A program made the position numbers and the translations under genes. Below the pieces are notes generated by a model that was not told where the DNA came from, did not search any database, and saw nothing but the letters and a program-made list of their open reading frames with translations. 63,476 nucleotides of DNA from a virus (lineage: Duplodnaviria; Caudoviricetes), in IMG/VR virus record IMGVR_UViG_3300045950_000243, positions 1 to 63,476 of that record, one strand, 5' to 3'. Shown here one piece after another: positions 1 through 9,162 of this stretch; the first letter of the stretch is position 1; every line of letters begins with the position of its first letter.

Positions 1-252
1 GTCCCGGGCGGCGGCCACGTCGAGCAGCTTGCCGAGCGCCTCCTGGACCTGTTGCACGACCTCGGGAGCGGTCTGCTGCACGCGCTTGGACTCGGGCGGA
101 GCGACGTCCGGGTCGCTGTCCACCAGGGGCGCGTACGACCGATGGAAGCCGGAGAACAGATCCTCCGGCAGCTTGTAGAGCCGCGTCAGTTCCGCCAGCG
201 CCTTGCCCGAGACCTCCTTCTCGACGGCGATGACCTCGCACAGCTTGGCCAC
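1..252 (-). CDS. conserved hypothetical protein (partial, runs off window start)
   Basis: Own translation from GTG at 252 after a GGAGG RBS: MAKLCEVIAVEKEVSGKALAELTRLYKLPEDLFSGFHRSYAPL..PPESKRVQ; high GC3; resembles a recurrent uncharacterised family starting MxKLNQIIAVEK. Confidence 0.7.
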   Translation of the reverse strand, partial: MAKLCEVIAVEKEVSGKALAELTRLYKLPEDLFSGFHRSYAPLVDSDPDVAPPESKRVQQTAPEVVQQVQEALGKLLDVAAARD

Positions 253-289
253 GTTCCTCCCCTCCTTGGCTTGAAGAAAAGCAGCCGGT

Positions 290-733
290 TCAGGCCGACT
301 GCTCGATGATGAGCGACTCGTACGGCTTGGGCGGCGGCCCGAAGCAGGCGTCCCAGTCGTCCGCGCGGACCAGCTTCAGGGCCTTGGCGGCCTCCAGCTT
401 CTCGCGGTCGACCACGCGGACCGTGACGCGCTGGTAGACGCCGTTCTCGCGGTAGTTGTCGCGCGAGACGATCTCCAGGGCCTTGTCGCCCAGGAACGGG
501 GCGCCGCGCTGGCCGGTCGTGACGACGACGACGCGGCTGCCGGCGGTCAGGCGCCAGCGCGGCAGACCCGTCTTGGTCTGCTCCTCGGCGCCGTGCTGCT
601 TGGTGGCCGTCTTGATCTCGGCCTCCAGGTCCTCGACCTGCGCCCGCAGGCGCTCCAGCTTGAGCACCTTCTGCTCGACTTCGGCCGCGGGCGGGGCGAC
701 GACGGGACTCGGGGCTGCGGAGGCTGCCTTCAT
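290..733 (-). CDS. hypothetical protein with N-terminal coiled coil
   Basis: 147-aa ORF, AGGAG RBS, high GC3, directly downstream of a sigma70-like promoter. Confidence 0.75.
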   Translation of the reverse strand: MKAASAAPSPVVAPPAAEVEQKVLKLERLRAQVEDLEAEIKTATKQHGAEEQTKTGLPRWRLTAGSRVVVVTTGQRGAPFLGDKALEIVSRDNYRENGVYQRVTVRVVDREKLEAAKALKLVRADDWDACFGPPPKPYESLIIEQSA

Positions 734-1257
734 GGTCGTTCTCCTGTCTTGTCCGTCCTGACGTGTCCTACGACGTCCCCTACAGTACCCTCGTCAGGGG
801 CGGTGTCAAGCAGGTAGCCCTCCGCCCGGAGGGCCGCCGCCAGGGCCGGGGGCAGGAGCCCCGCCGGCAGGAACCGCCGCCGGGGGTGCGGGGAGCCGGC
901 GGACACGAGGACGACGGCGACCCCGTGGGCCAGGGAGTGCTTGCGGAGCGCCAGCGCCCAGGGAGTGGAAGCCGCCCCGGCCCGGATCTCGAAGAGCTTC
1001 ATGACGGGGCCCGCGACGCTCTTCGGCTGGAAGTCCACGACCAGCCCCGAACGGTCCGGGCGGTCCTCCTCGCCGCCGATGCCGAGGAGCCACTGGCAAG
1101 ACCAGACCCGGCACTGCTCGGGGCGTTGGGCGTAGATCGTGCACCCCAGGCCGACGTGGGCGCAGCGCTGGAACATCGGCTTGCCGAGGGCCTCGACCTC
1201 GTGCGTGTAGCAGCAGGCCGTGCAGGGACCGCAGGAGCGGCGGCGCACCAGCCTCAC
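730..1257 (-). CDS. CxxCxxCC cysteine-cluster protein (YkgJ-like)
   Basis: CGPCTACC...CAH...GCTIYAQRPEQCRVWSCQWL; GTG start at 1257 overlaps the upstream stop (GTGA). Confidence 0.7.
   Translation of the reverse strand: MRLVRRRSCGPCTACCYTHEVEALGKPMFQRCAHVGLGCTIYAQRPEQCRVWSCQWLLGIGGEEDRPDRSGLVVDFQPKSVAGPVMKLFEIRAGAASTPWALALRKHSLAHGVAVVLVSAGSPHPRRRFLPAGLLPPALAAALRAEGYLLDTAPDEGTVGDVVGHVRTDKTGERP
782..809 (-). promoter_or_regulatory. sigma70-type promoter with CTGAC operator half-sites
   Basis: TTGACA(809-804)-N16-TACTGT(787-782); CTGACG in the spacer and GACACGTCAG downstream. Confidence 0.6.
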
Positions 1258-2102
1258 GGCACGACGACGCTGACCCGCCGGCAGTCGGCCCGGGTCAGGC
1301 GGTAGCGCTCGGCCGCGCCGAGGGGCGAGACCCCCGCGCTCACGGGCGTGACGTCGTGGACGCGGAGGAGGCCCCAGGCCGGCGCGGCGCCCCGCGACTG
1401 CCACCAGATCGTCTGCCCCGGGCGCAGGTCCTCGTACCGCCAGCCGGTCCGGACCTCCTCGTACTCAACCGCGGTCGGCTCGCCGACCTCCAGGAAGAAC
1501 TCCCGGCCCTTGACGGAGAACGACGGAGCGCCCTCCCGGATGCCCGGCCGCAGCGCCTCGAAGGCGAACGCGCGCCGACCCTTGACCAGACTCTGGACCG
1601 CACCGGGGTCGAGTTGGAACCGCATCCGGCTCCACTGCGACCACTCGGTCGCCCGGCCCTGCTGGTCGTAGGCGCGGACCTTGCCGCCGGAGCCCCAGAT
1701 GCCGGCCTCCTGCTCGTACTTGCGCAGGAGCCGGATCAGGTCCTCCAGCCGGAGGTTGGGCACGATCAGGCTGAGTTCCACGACCTCGCGCGCGTCGGGC
1801 GTGCCCGCGTTCTCGACCCAGCGGCCGACGGCCGGGATGAACCCCAGGCCGAGCGCCCGGACGTCGCGCTGGAGGCTCTTGTGGCGGGCCTGGTTGTCCG
1901 CCCGGCGGGCGGGGTTGCCGGCGTCGCGCATCGCGCTGAGCACCCCGAAGGAGTTGAACCTCTTCGGGTCGTTCAGGTAGGACCAGACCCGCGACAGCCC
2001 CGCCCCGACTTCGAGCATGGCGTGGGCGAGGCGGCGCGGAGCTTCGGCGGCCTCGCGCTGCGCGCGGTCCAGGACCTTCGCTAGGGCGGTCGCGTCAGCC
2101 AT
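1254..2102 (-). CDS. phage hypothetical protein (DUF3293-like core)
   Basis: FGVLSAMR...NQARHKSLQRDVRALGLGFIPAVGRWVE...ELSLIVP...KYEQEA pattern; GGGAG RBS. Confidence 0.6.
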   Translation of the reverse strand: MADATALAKVLDRAQREAAEAPRRLAHAMLEVGAGLSRVWSYLNDPKRFNSFGVLSAMRDAGNPARRADNQARHKSLQRDVRALGLGFIPAVGRWVENAGTPDAREVVELSLIVPNLRLEDLIRLLRKYEQEAGIWGSGGKVRAYDQQGRATEWSQWSRMRFQLDPGAVQSLVKGRRAFAFEALRPGIREGAPSFSVKGREFFLEVGEPTAVEYEEVRTGWRYEDLRPGQTIWWQSRGAAPAWGLLRVHDVTPVSAGVSPLGAAERYRLTRADCRRVSVVVP

Positions 2103-2126
2103 CGGTCTCCCTGACTTGTCATCCGT

Positions 2127-3197
2127 CTACCACGAACACGTCAGGCCCGCAAGCCCGAAGCCGACGTCGCTGGCGAACCCGTCGTAGCGCATGGCCTCGG
2201 CGACGGCCCGCTGGACCGCCTCCGCGGGGACCGAGGCGGGGTCCTCCCCCTCGGGCAGGTTCGCCACCCGGACCCGCAGCCCCCGGCGGTGGAGCTGGCG
2301 GGCCAGCCGCCAGGCGTAGCGCCGCGCCAGGTCCTCCCCGTCGGGCAGCAGCACGAACTCGACCTCCGCACGGCGCAGGCCGGCGAGGCGCGGCAGGTCC
2401 GCGAGCAGGCCCTGCTGGTGGGGCGTGACGTAGACCCCAAGGGTCGCCACGGCGTCCGGCCCGGCACCCCAGGCGGACAGCGGGCCCTCGGCCACCAGCA
2501 CCCGCCGCGTCTGGCCCTCCCGCAGGCGGCGCGCCACGTCCCAGTACCGGTACAGGACCACGGCCCGCGACAGGCCGACCGGATTGCGGTACTTGGGCGT
2601 GTCCTCGTCGGCGTCCCCGAACCAACGCGCCACCCAGTAGCGCAGCCGGCGGTCGTCGTCGTAGACCGGCAGGAAGATCCGCCACCCCCAGTGGGCGCCG
2701 CTGCCGACGCGGGCGCCGTACTCCCGGATCTGCGGGTCGGAAAAGCCGCGGTCGCGCAGGTAGCGGTAGCTCTGCATCCCCAGCGACACGCGCCGGGTCC
2801 GGCACGGGAACTCGACCTCGACGGGCGCCGGCTCCTCGGCCGTCCGGGCGGGCAGGCCCAGCGCCCGGATGCGGTCCGCGATCGCCCGCCAGCTCTCGAC
2901 CGCGAACGCCTCGTCCAGGCCGTCGAGGCCCAGGTGCCGCAGCATGCCGTTGACGCTCGCGGTGTAGTGGCAGCGCTGGCAGTAGACGAAGCCGGTCGGC
3001 GAGCGCACCGTCGTCCCGTCGGCACGCGTGTGCTCGGTCTTGGTCGGGTTGACGTACAGGTGGTAGTGGGCGTCGGGCCAGGGCTTGCCGCGCTCCTCGC
3101 AGAACGGGCAGCACCAGACCCACTCGACGCCGCCCGAGCGCCGCGGCTCGCCCAGCACCGACATGACCCGCTCGACGACCGGCTCGACGCGCACCAC
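2127..3197 (-). CDS. DNA primase (zinc finger plus TOPRIM)
   Basis: CPFC...CQRC zinc finger; YLRDRG; RIFLPVYD; PKYRN; TOPRIM VAEGPLSA and LLPDGED; LPEGEDP; adjacent to helicase. Confidence 0.9.
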   Translation of the reverse strand: MVRVEPVVERVMSVLGEPRRSGGVEWVWCCPFCEERGKPWPDAHYHLYVNPTKTEHTRADGTTVRSPTGFVYCQRCHYTASVNGMLRHLGLDGLDEAFAVESWRAIADRIRALGLPARTAEEPAPVEVEFPCRTRRVSLGMQSYRYLRDRGFSDPQIREYGARVGSGAHWGWRIFLPVYDDDRRLRYWVARWFGDADEDTPKYRNPVGLSRAVVLYRYWDVARRLREGQTRRVLVAEGPLSAWGAGPDAVATLGVYVTPHQQGLLADLPRLAGLRRAEVEFVLLPDGEDLARRYAWRLARQLHRRGLRVRVANLPEGEDPASVPAEAVQRAVAEAMRYDGFASDVGFGLAGLTCSW

Positions 3198-3200
3198 GGG

Positions 3201-3353
3201 TCAGTCCTCCAGGAGGCGGAAGTCCAGGCCGCAGCGCGCGCAGTGCAGGGTACGGACGCCGCCGACGTCGACCTTGGTCACGGCGCACGGCCCGTTGCAG
3301 GACGGGCAGCGGATCTTGGTCGGCTCAGGCGCGGGCGCGTTCGGTTCGGGCAT
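3201..3353 (-). CDS. small zinc-ribbon protein (50 aa)
   Basis: Own translation MPEPNAPAPEPTKIRCPSCNGPCAVTKVDVGGVRTLHCARCGLDFRLLED; fills the helicase-primase gap; not in the ORF track. Confidence 0.65.
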   Translation of the reverse strand: MPEPNAPAPEPTKIRCPSCNGPCAVTKVDVGGVRTLHCARCGLDFRLLED

Positions 3354-4737
3354 CGTCCTGCTCCCGCTTCTTCTCCGGGTGGATCTCCCGCAGCAGGCAA
3401 CGCTTCAGGTCGGCCCGCAGCGGAATCGAGAACTTGGCGCGGCCGGCGCGGTGCTTGGCCACGAACAACCGCAGCCGGTGCTTCTTTTCCTCGACCTCGG
3501 TCTGGGACAGCGAACAGACCAGGTGGGCCATCTGCGCCTTCTTGAGGCTCTCGCCCACCGCCGCCAGCCCCGGGGCCTCGTGGTCGTAGAACTCGCGGCG
3601 CACCTGGGCCGCGGTCCAGACCGGGCAGGACCAGTCCATGGCGACGGAGATCAGTTCGGAGTAGACCGCGCCGAAGGCCGCGTAGCTGGAGTCCTCGGTC
3701 GAGCGCGTCTCGCGGCGCGGCGGACGCAGCTCGTCGGCGTAGTCCACGACGATCAGGTCGGGCCGGACGCCGTCGTGCGCCTCGACGCGGGACAGGACGC
3801 TGCGCACCGTGGTGACGGGAGAGTCGGGATAGACCCGCACGATCCGCAGGTAGCGGTCGATGCCGCCCAGGCCGGCGAGCTGCTCGGCCGCCTCCTGGAA
3901 GGTCGGCGACTGCTCCTCGACCTCCGGGATCTCCGTCTTGGTGAGCCGCGACAGGCAGCGGATCAGCACGTCGTACTCGGGCATCTCGGTGCTGATGTAG
4001 ACGACGCGCTTGCCGGCGCGGGCGGGCGCACAGGCGACGTTCACCAGGAAACTGCTCTTGCCGATCCCGCTCTCTCCCATGACCAGACACAGGCGCCCCG
4101 CCCCGGCGCCGCCGCGCATCACGTGGTCGAGCGTCTTGAACCCGGTGCGGATGCGCAGCGTCGGGTTGTCGGTCGGGCTGCGGTGGCGGATGTGGTGCGC
4201 CGGGTCGTCGAAGACCTGCAATCCCAGGCTGCGGCCGGTGCCGACCGCCAGGGCGCGCTGGATCTTGGGGATGATCGCGTCGAAGCGGTCGCCCTCCGCC
4301 TCGCCCTCGACCGGCTCGCCGAGGTGTTGGACCACGTCGAGGATCGCGGCCTTGGTCGCCTGGATGCGGCCGAACTCGCCGACGTGCTCCCGGACCCAGG
4401 TCGCGTCCGTCGGCAGGTCGCGGTCGTAGAGGCGTTTGGCGTTCTTCTGCAGGGTCCCGCGCAGGTCGTCGTCCAGCTTGAAGCGCTCGGCGTGGCGCTC
4501 GATCTTGGCGAGCAGCCGGTCCCGCGTCGGGCGTTCCCGGAAGCGGTCGAAGTGCCGCAGCAGCAGCCGGGCGAGGATCGCGTCCTCGTCGCGCTCGAAG
4601 TAGCGCGGGTCGATCGCGTCGCGGACCTGGGTGAGGAAGGCGGGGTCGCGCACCGCCAGCGTGAGCACGTCCCGTTGGAACCGCGGACCGAACTGGTACT
4701 TGACCGGTTCGACGCCGACGCCGTTCCCGCCCGTCAT
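3325..4737 (-). CDS. replicative DnaB/T4 gp41-like (SF4) helicase
   Basis: RTGFKTLDHVMRGG; Walker A GESGIGKS; YISTEM; LIVVDYAD; WTAAQVRR; LFVAKHRAG; ATG at 4737 with GGAGG RBS. Confidence 0.92.
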   Translation of the reverse strand: MTGGNGVGVEPVKYQFGPRFQRDVLTLAVRDPAFLTQVRDAIDPRYFERDEDAILARLLLRHFDRFRERPTRDRLLAKIERHAERFKLDDDLRGTLQKNAKRLYDRDLPTDATWVREHVGEFGRIQATKAAILDVVQHLGEPVEGEAEGDRFDAIIPKIQRALAVGTGRSLGLQVFDDPAHHIRHRSPTDNPTLRIRTGFKTLDHVMRGGAGAGRLCLVMGESGIGKSSFLVNVACAPARAGKRVVYISTEMPEYDVLIRCLSRLTKTEIPEVEEQSPTFQEAAEQLAGLGGIDRYLRIVRVYPDSPVTTVRSVLSRVEAHDGVRPDLIVVDYADELRPPRRETRSTEDSSYAAFGAVYSELISVAMDWSCPVWTAAQVRREFYDHEAPGLAAVGESLKKAQMAHLVCSLSQTEVEEKKHRLRLFVAKHRAGRAKFSIPLRADLKRCLLREIHPEKKREQDDARTERARA

Positions 4738-4775
4738 CGTCCTCCCCCCTCCCCGTCCGCCCCGCCAAGAGCGGT

Positions 4776-5072
4776 TCAGGTCCGAACTGCGGCCCCCTCC
4801 GGCAACTCCGGCGGCTGCGGATGCCGCTGGAAGAACTCCTCGATGCCCCGATCCAAGACGCGGGCGTGGGTCTTCGCCATCTGCTGCGCGCACGCCAGCG
4901 TGTGCCAGCGCACCCACGGGTAGAGGGCAGCGACCACCGCGTCGGGAGACAGGCCGTCCGGGACGCTGATCTCGGCCTCGAAGGCCGCGCGGTGGGAATA
5001 CGTCAGGCCGTCGTCCAGGGGATCGGTCGGCAGTGTCACCTGCAGACCGATGCGCAGCGTGCGGACCTTCAT
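4776..5072 (-). CDS. hypothetical protein (98 aa)
   Basis: MKVRTLRIGLQVTLP...; ATGA overlap with the upstream helicase stop. Confidence 0.65.
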   Translation of the reverse strand: MKVRTLRIGLQVTLPTDPLDDGLTYSHRAAFEAEISVPDGLSPDAVVAALYPWVRWHTLACAQQMAKTHARVLDRGIEEFFQRHPQPPELPEGAAVRT

Positions 5073-6541
5073 GGCAGCCCTCCCCGAGCTGGGGCGCCGA
5101 TGGTAACGGGAAGTTCCTCCGCGCGGTAGAGGGATTCTCGCTCCTTGGAGTGGTCCCGCAACCAGCGGTGGTGGCGGTCGAAGAAGTCCACTACCCGTAC
5201 GGTGCGCTTGCCGTCGGACGGCGTGAGCGCGCGGAAGGTGCGCTGGAGGGTCGCAATCGAGGACTTCTGCCCCCCGGCGTTGACGAGTCCGTCGAGCCAG
5301 GGGAAGTCCACGCCCTCGTCGAAGACGGTGGTGCCGATCAGGATGGGCCGCTCGCCGCTGCGGAAGCGCGCCAGGTCCTCGGCCGTGAACTCGCTCCAGC
5401 GCCGGGCCCCGTCGCGCAGCGTGGCCTTGCGGCGGCCGCCGATGGACAGGACGGGCTCCAGGCCGGCGGCCGCCATCGCCTCCAGGAGGCCGAGGCCGTG
5501 GCGGACCTGGGTGACGAGCACCAGGACGCGGCGCTGTTCCTGCACCATGCTGCGGACCGTCTGGAGGACGAGCGCGTTGCGCACCGCATGCTCGACGATG
5601 CCCTCGCGGTAGACCGTCGGGAACGGCAGCTTGGGGGGAACCTTGGGCTCCGTGAGGGGAATCATGTACAGCTCGGCCGGGGCAAGGTAGCCCAGGTCCC
5701 GGAGATAGGCGGCCCCGACGTCGACCAGCAGCGGCCCGGCCGCCCCGATCAGCCGCAGGTCCTGGGGCTCGTAGCTGCCGCCGCGGGCGCGCAGCGGCGT
5801 GCCGGAGTAGGCGTACCGCCACGGCGCTTCCGACTCGCGGAAGATCCGCCGCCAGCTTGCCGCCGAGAGGTGGTGGGCCTCGTCGCTCTGGAGGAGTTCC
5901 CGGGACGCCAGGAACCGCAGGGCCGTCGGGTCCTGGCGGCGCAGGCGCGGGGAGAGCGTCTGCACCATGGCGATGACGTGCTGCGCGCTGAGTTCCCGGT
6001 GGCCCCGCCCGTAGCGGCCGACGTCGGTCAGGCCGCGGGCCCGGAAGCGCTCGTAGTGCTGCTCCAGCAGGTGCTGGGAGTGCACCAGCAGCACGGACGG
6101 CACGCCGAGGTACTTGGCGACGGCGATCTGGATCTCGGTCTTCCCCGACCGCGGGCTCAGCTTGAGGACGCCACGGCGCGCGGGGAGGGCGCGGCGGAGC
6201 GCCCAGAGCTGGTAGGGCCGCAGCGTGATGCCGTCGAGGTAGTCCGGCGGGATCGTGGGCCGCGGCGCGGGCGGCGGGACGCCGCGGGCGGTCAGCGTTA
6301 GGCCGTCCTCCTCGGCCTGGCGGATCAGCCACTCGGTCAGGCCCGTCGGGTAGGAGAGCGTCCGGGTGCGGCGCTGCCAGCGGTAGAAGCGATGCTTGCC
6401 GTCCCACTCGCCGCTGCGGAACTTCGGGGAACGCCACTTGTTCGGGTCGTCGACCGTGAGCAGGTGGCGGACGGCGGCGACCGCCTCCCGGGGTCCGACG
6501 ACGCGAGTATGGGCGTGCCCGTAGTGGAGTTCGGCCTTCAC
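5069..6541 (-). CDS. SF2 DNA helicase, UvsW-like
   Basis: WDGKHRFY; LRPYQ; SPRSGKT; DEAHH; YSGTP; GTTVFDEGVDFP; QRTFRAL; VVDFFD; GTG start overlaps the upstream stop. Confidence 0.9.
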   Translation of the reverse strand: MKAELHYGHAHTRVVGPREAVAAVRHLLTVDDPNKWRSPKFRSGEWDGKHRFYRWQRRTRTLSYPTGLTEWLIRQAEEDGLTLTARGVPPPAPRPTIPPDYLDGITLRPYQLWALRRALPARRGVLKLSPRSGKTEIQIAVAKYLGVPSVLLVHSQHLLEQHYERFRARGLTDVGRYGRGHRELSAQHVIAMVQTLSPRLRRQDPTALRFLASRELLQSDEAHHLSAASWRRIFRESEAPWRYAYSGTPLRARGGSYEPQDLRLIGAAGPLLVDVGAAYLRDLGYLAPAELYMIPLTEPKVPPKLPFPTVYREGIVEHAVRNALVLQTVRSMVQEQRRVLVLVTQVRHGLGLLEAMAAAGLEPVLSIGGRRKATLRDGARRWSEFTAEDLARFRSGERPILIGTTVFDEGVDFPWLDGLVNAGGQKSSIATLQRTFRALTPSDGKRTVRVVDFFDRHHRWLRDHSKERESLYRAEELPVTIGAPARGGLP

Positions 6542-7455
6542 ACGGCGACCGGGACGGCGGCGGCGTTCTCGGGCAGCACCGGCTCGACGTACTGGTGGAA
6601 GCGGGACGAGAGCAGGCCCCAGCGGCGCACCCCGAGGCGCGAGGCCAGGAGGGCCGGGATCAGCGGCAGGGCGTAGCACAGGGGCCGCGGGCGGAGTTCC
6701 TCGCCGGTCTTCTCGCGGTAGCGCACGTCCACCCAGATCCCGAGTTCGGGGACCGGCTGGAACTGCACCGAGGCCGGGACGTAGGCACCGCGCTCCAGGC
6801 GGTAGACCCCGAGGGTCCGGCGCGGCCGGCGGGCGAAGCGCAGGAAGTCCGCCGGGTCGTAGACCCGCCCCCGGTAGCACCACTTGGGGCGCAAGAGCTT
6901 GGTGCGGATGGCGGCCTTGCGCAGGGCGCGCCACTCCCGGACGGGCAGGATGTTGGCGTTCTTGCGGTGGCTGGTGATGCCCCGCAGGACCCGGTGGGTG
7001 ACGAGCAGGACGGGCAGGCGGGCGACGTAGCAGTTCACCCGCCAGTCGAGGTACAGGCCGGAGCGCTCGAAGGCTTCGGTCTCGGCCCGGCCCTTGAACC
7101 ACACCCAGTTGCGCCCCACCTGGAGGTCCGCCCGGAAGGGGGACACGCAGCGGAAGCGGTCGGCCTGGAGTTCGAGCAGGTCCCACACCGCCCGGGCGAT
7201 GTAGGCGTAGGGGTCGCCCTGCAGGCGGCGCTCCTGCTCCTCGCGGCTCAGGAGCAGCGAGGGGACCTCGCAGACGTACTCGGTCGGCACCTGGACCTGG
7301 ACGCGGCGGCCGCAGAAGCCGGGCAGGTCGACAACGGCGTGGCGGACGTTCCAGCGGACCAGGGAGCCGCGGTAGCCGGCGAACGGGCCCCGCTGGACCG
7401 TGACCTCCAGGCCCTCGCGCAGCTCCCGGTAGTCGAGTTCCCCGTACGCCGCCAT
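6538..7455 (-). CDS. hypothetical protein with N-terminal KOW-like motif
   Basis: LREGLEVTVQRGPFAGYRGSL matches the KOW consensus; GGAGG RBS. Confidence 0.65.
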   Translation of the reverse strand: MAAYGELDYRELREGLEVTVQRGPFAGYRGSLVRWNVRHAVVDLPGFCGRRVQVQVPTEYVCEVPSLLLSREEQERRLQGDPYAYIARAVWDLLELQADRFRCVSPFRADLQVGRNWVWFKGRAETEAFERSGLYLDWRVNCYVARLPVLLVTHRVLRGITSHRKNANILPVREWRALRKAAIRTKLLRPKWCYRGRVYDPADFLRFARRPRRTLGVYRLERGAYVPASVQFQPVPELGIWVDVRYREKTGEELRPRPLCYALPLIPALLASRLGVRRWGLLSSRFHQYVEPVLPENAAAVPVAV

Positions 7456-7499
7456 CCCGCCCCTCCCGCCCGGACATCATGCCCGCGGGGCGGCGGGCG

Positions 7500-8246
7500 T
7501 CAAGTCAGGGGGTCGGGACGCCGGAACCGGCAGCGCTTGGAGAACCGCTCCCAGAGCGCGTGGATGCCCTGGAGCGTCGCCCGCTCGGCGGCGTAGTGGC
7601 GGGCGGCCGCCCGGGTCGGGAACACCGGCAGGTGGCCGTAGACCAGCTCCGGCTGCACCGGCACCGCCGCCCGGACGCCGTCCTCCTGGTTCACGGCCCA
7701 GGGATGCGTCTCCCGGACGAGGTGGCACAGGACCGCGGCTTCCAGGCCCGAGAGCGTCGGGCGGGCGACCCGGCGGCCGCGCACGTCGGCGACGAAGGCT
7801 TCGCAGGTCGGGTCGAAGCGCGCGGTCGCGGGCCCGCCCAGGGCGAGGTCGGCCACGCGGTCCGCCGCCGGGGCGAGCAGCGCCGCCAGCCCGAGCTGCT
7901 GCCGGAGGCGGCGCCAGGTCCGCTCCTCAGCCGGCGTGAGGGGCCGCAGGAGCGTCCGCGGGGCCATCTTCGTGCGGCGGCCCTCCGGGTCCACGACCAG
8001 GAACCACCCCTCGCGCTGGCCGACCACCTGCACCGGTTCGAGGCTGCGCGCCAGGACGGCCGGAGACTTCGGGAAGCGCTTCTGGCGGCGCGGGAGGCGG
8101 CCCTGCCGCAGGCCCGAGCGCAGTTCCCGGACGCTCCAGACCGGCCGGAACACCTGGGAGCCGCGGAGGAGGTAAAGGCGGCCCGTCGCGTCGACGCGCA
8201 CCCGCTCGCCGCCCTCCAGGGTGTACAGCCCCGGCTCGGCGAGCAT
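7500..8246 (-). CDS. hypothetical protein, paralogue of 8248-9042
   Basis: 248-aa ORF with C-terminal similarity to its neighbour. Confidence 0.7.
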   Translation of the reverse strand: MLAEPGLYTLEGGERVRVDATGRLYLLRGSQVFRPVWSVRELRSGLRQGRLPRRQKRFPKSPAVLARSLEPVQVVGQREGWFLVVDPEGRRTKMAPRTLLRPLTPAEERTWRRLRQQLGLAALLAPAADRVADLALGGPATARFDPTCEAFVADVRGRRVARPTLSGLEAAVLCHLVRETHPWAVNQEDGVRAAVPVQPELVYGHLPVFPTRAAARHYAAERATLQGIHALWERFSKRCRFRRPDPLT

Positions 8247-8247
8247 G

Positions 8248-9042
8248 TCAGTCGAACACCCGCAGGTCGAACTGCAGGCCCCGGAGGATGTCGTGGTGTC
8301 GCCGGGACAGGTCCTGGTCCTGCCGGCGCAACGCCACCAGGGCGGCCGCCTCGGACTCGCTGCGAAAGTACCGGGAGAACCAGCAGGACCCGGCGTCCAG
8401 CGTCGGACGCACGTGGTCCCCCGACACGACCGCGTAGGGGTAGTGCTGGGCGAGGAAGTGCGTCTCGACGGCGGTCTGGATCTCCTGCGGGCCGGCGCCG
8501 GAGAACTTGACCCCAGCGACCTCAGCGACCAGCGCGTCCTGTTCGGCGTCGAACGCCGCCGTCACGTCAGGAAGGGCCAACTCCTTGAGGGCGTCCGTCT
8601 GGGAGACGCCGAGGCGGCTCTCCCGCTCGGCGATCTCCTCCCGTTCGGCCCGCAGCTTCCGGAGCGCCGCGGCCTCCGCCTCGGTCACGGGCCGCAGCAC
8701 GTCGGCGGCCCGGAGGGTCTCTCGGGTGCCGTTCTCCAGGACCACGATGGCGCGCTCTTCGGTCCGGTAGCGGCCGTCCCGGCCGACGACGGAGATCGGG
8801 CTCAGGTTGGTCGCGCGCGTCCCCGGGTAGGCGGTGGCTGCCTTGCGGGCGGCCTTGGCCTGCCGTTGGCGCTGGACCGTCGACAGGTGCTCTTCGATCC
8901 GCTCGCACAGGAGGCGCAGAGAGCGGGCGGTGAACTCCTTCCCGGCGAACACGGCCGTGATGCCGTAGGGGTGGACGGAGGCGATGACCTCCTTGTCGCC
9001 AATGCGGAGGGTGTGCCGGGACGCCTGGACGACGACGCGCAT
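8248..9042 (-). CDS. hypothetical protein, paralogue of 7500-8246
   Basis: ATG at 9042 (MRVVVQASRH) after GGAG RBS and a promoter. Confidence 0.75.
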   Translation of the reverse strand: MRVVVQASRHTLRIGDKEVIASVHPYGITAVFAGKEFTARSLRLLCERIEEHLSTVQRQRQAKAARKAATAYPGTRATNLSPISVVGRDGRYRTEERAIVVLENGTRETLRAADVLRPVTEAEAAALRKLRAEREEIAERESRLGVSQTDALKELALPDVTAAFDAEQDALVAEVAGVKFSGAGPQEIQTAVETHFLAQHYPYAVVSGDHVRPTLDAGSCWFSRYFRSESEAAALVALRRQDQDLSRRHHDILRGLQFDLRVFD

Positions 9043-9087
9043 GGGGGTTCGTTCTCCGGTCCGTGTCCTGGGAAGACAACACGACGG

Positions 9088-9116
9088 ATCGTAGGACACG
9101 TCAGCCGGCGCGTCAA
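9088..9116 (-). promoter_or_regulatory. sigma70-type promoter overlapping the CTGACGTGTCCTACGA motif
   Basis: TTGACG(9116-9111)-N17-TACGAT(9093-9088). Confidence 0.65.
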
Positions 9117-9162
9117 GGCGCGTTTGGGTTCCCCCCGCGTACCCCCCTCCGTCCCGGCGGGC

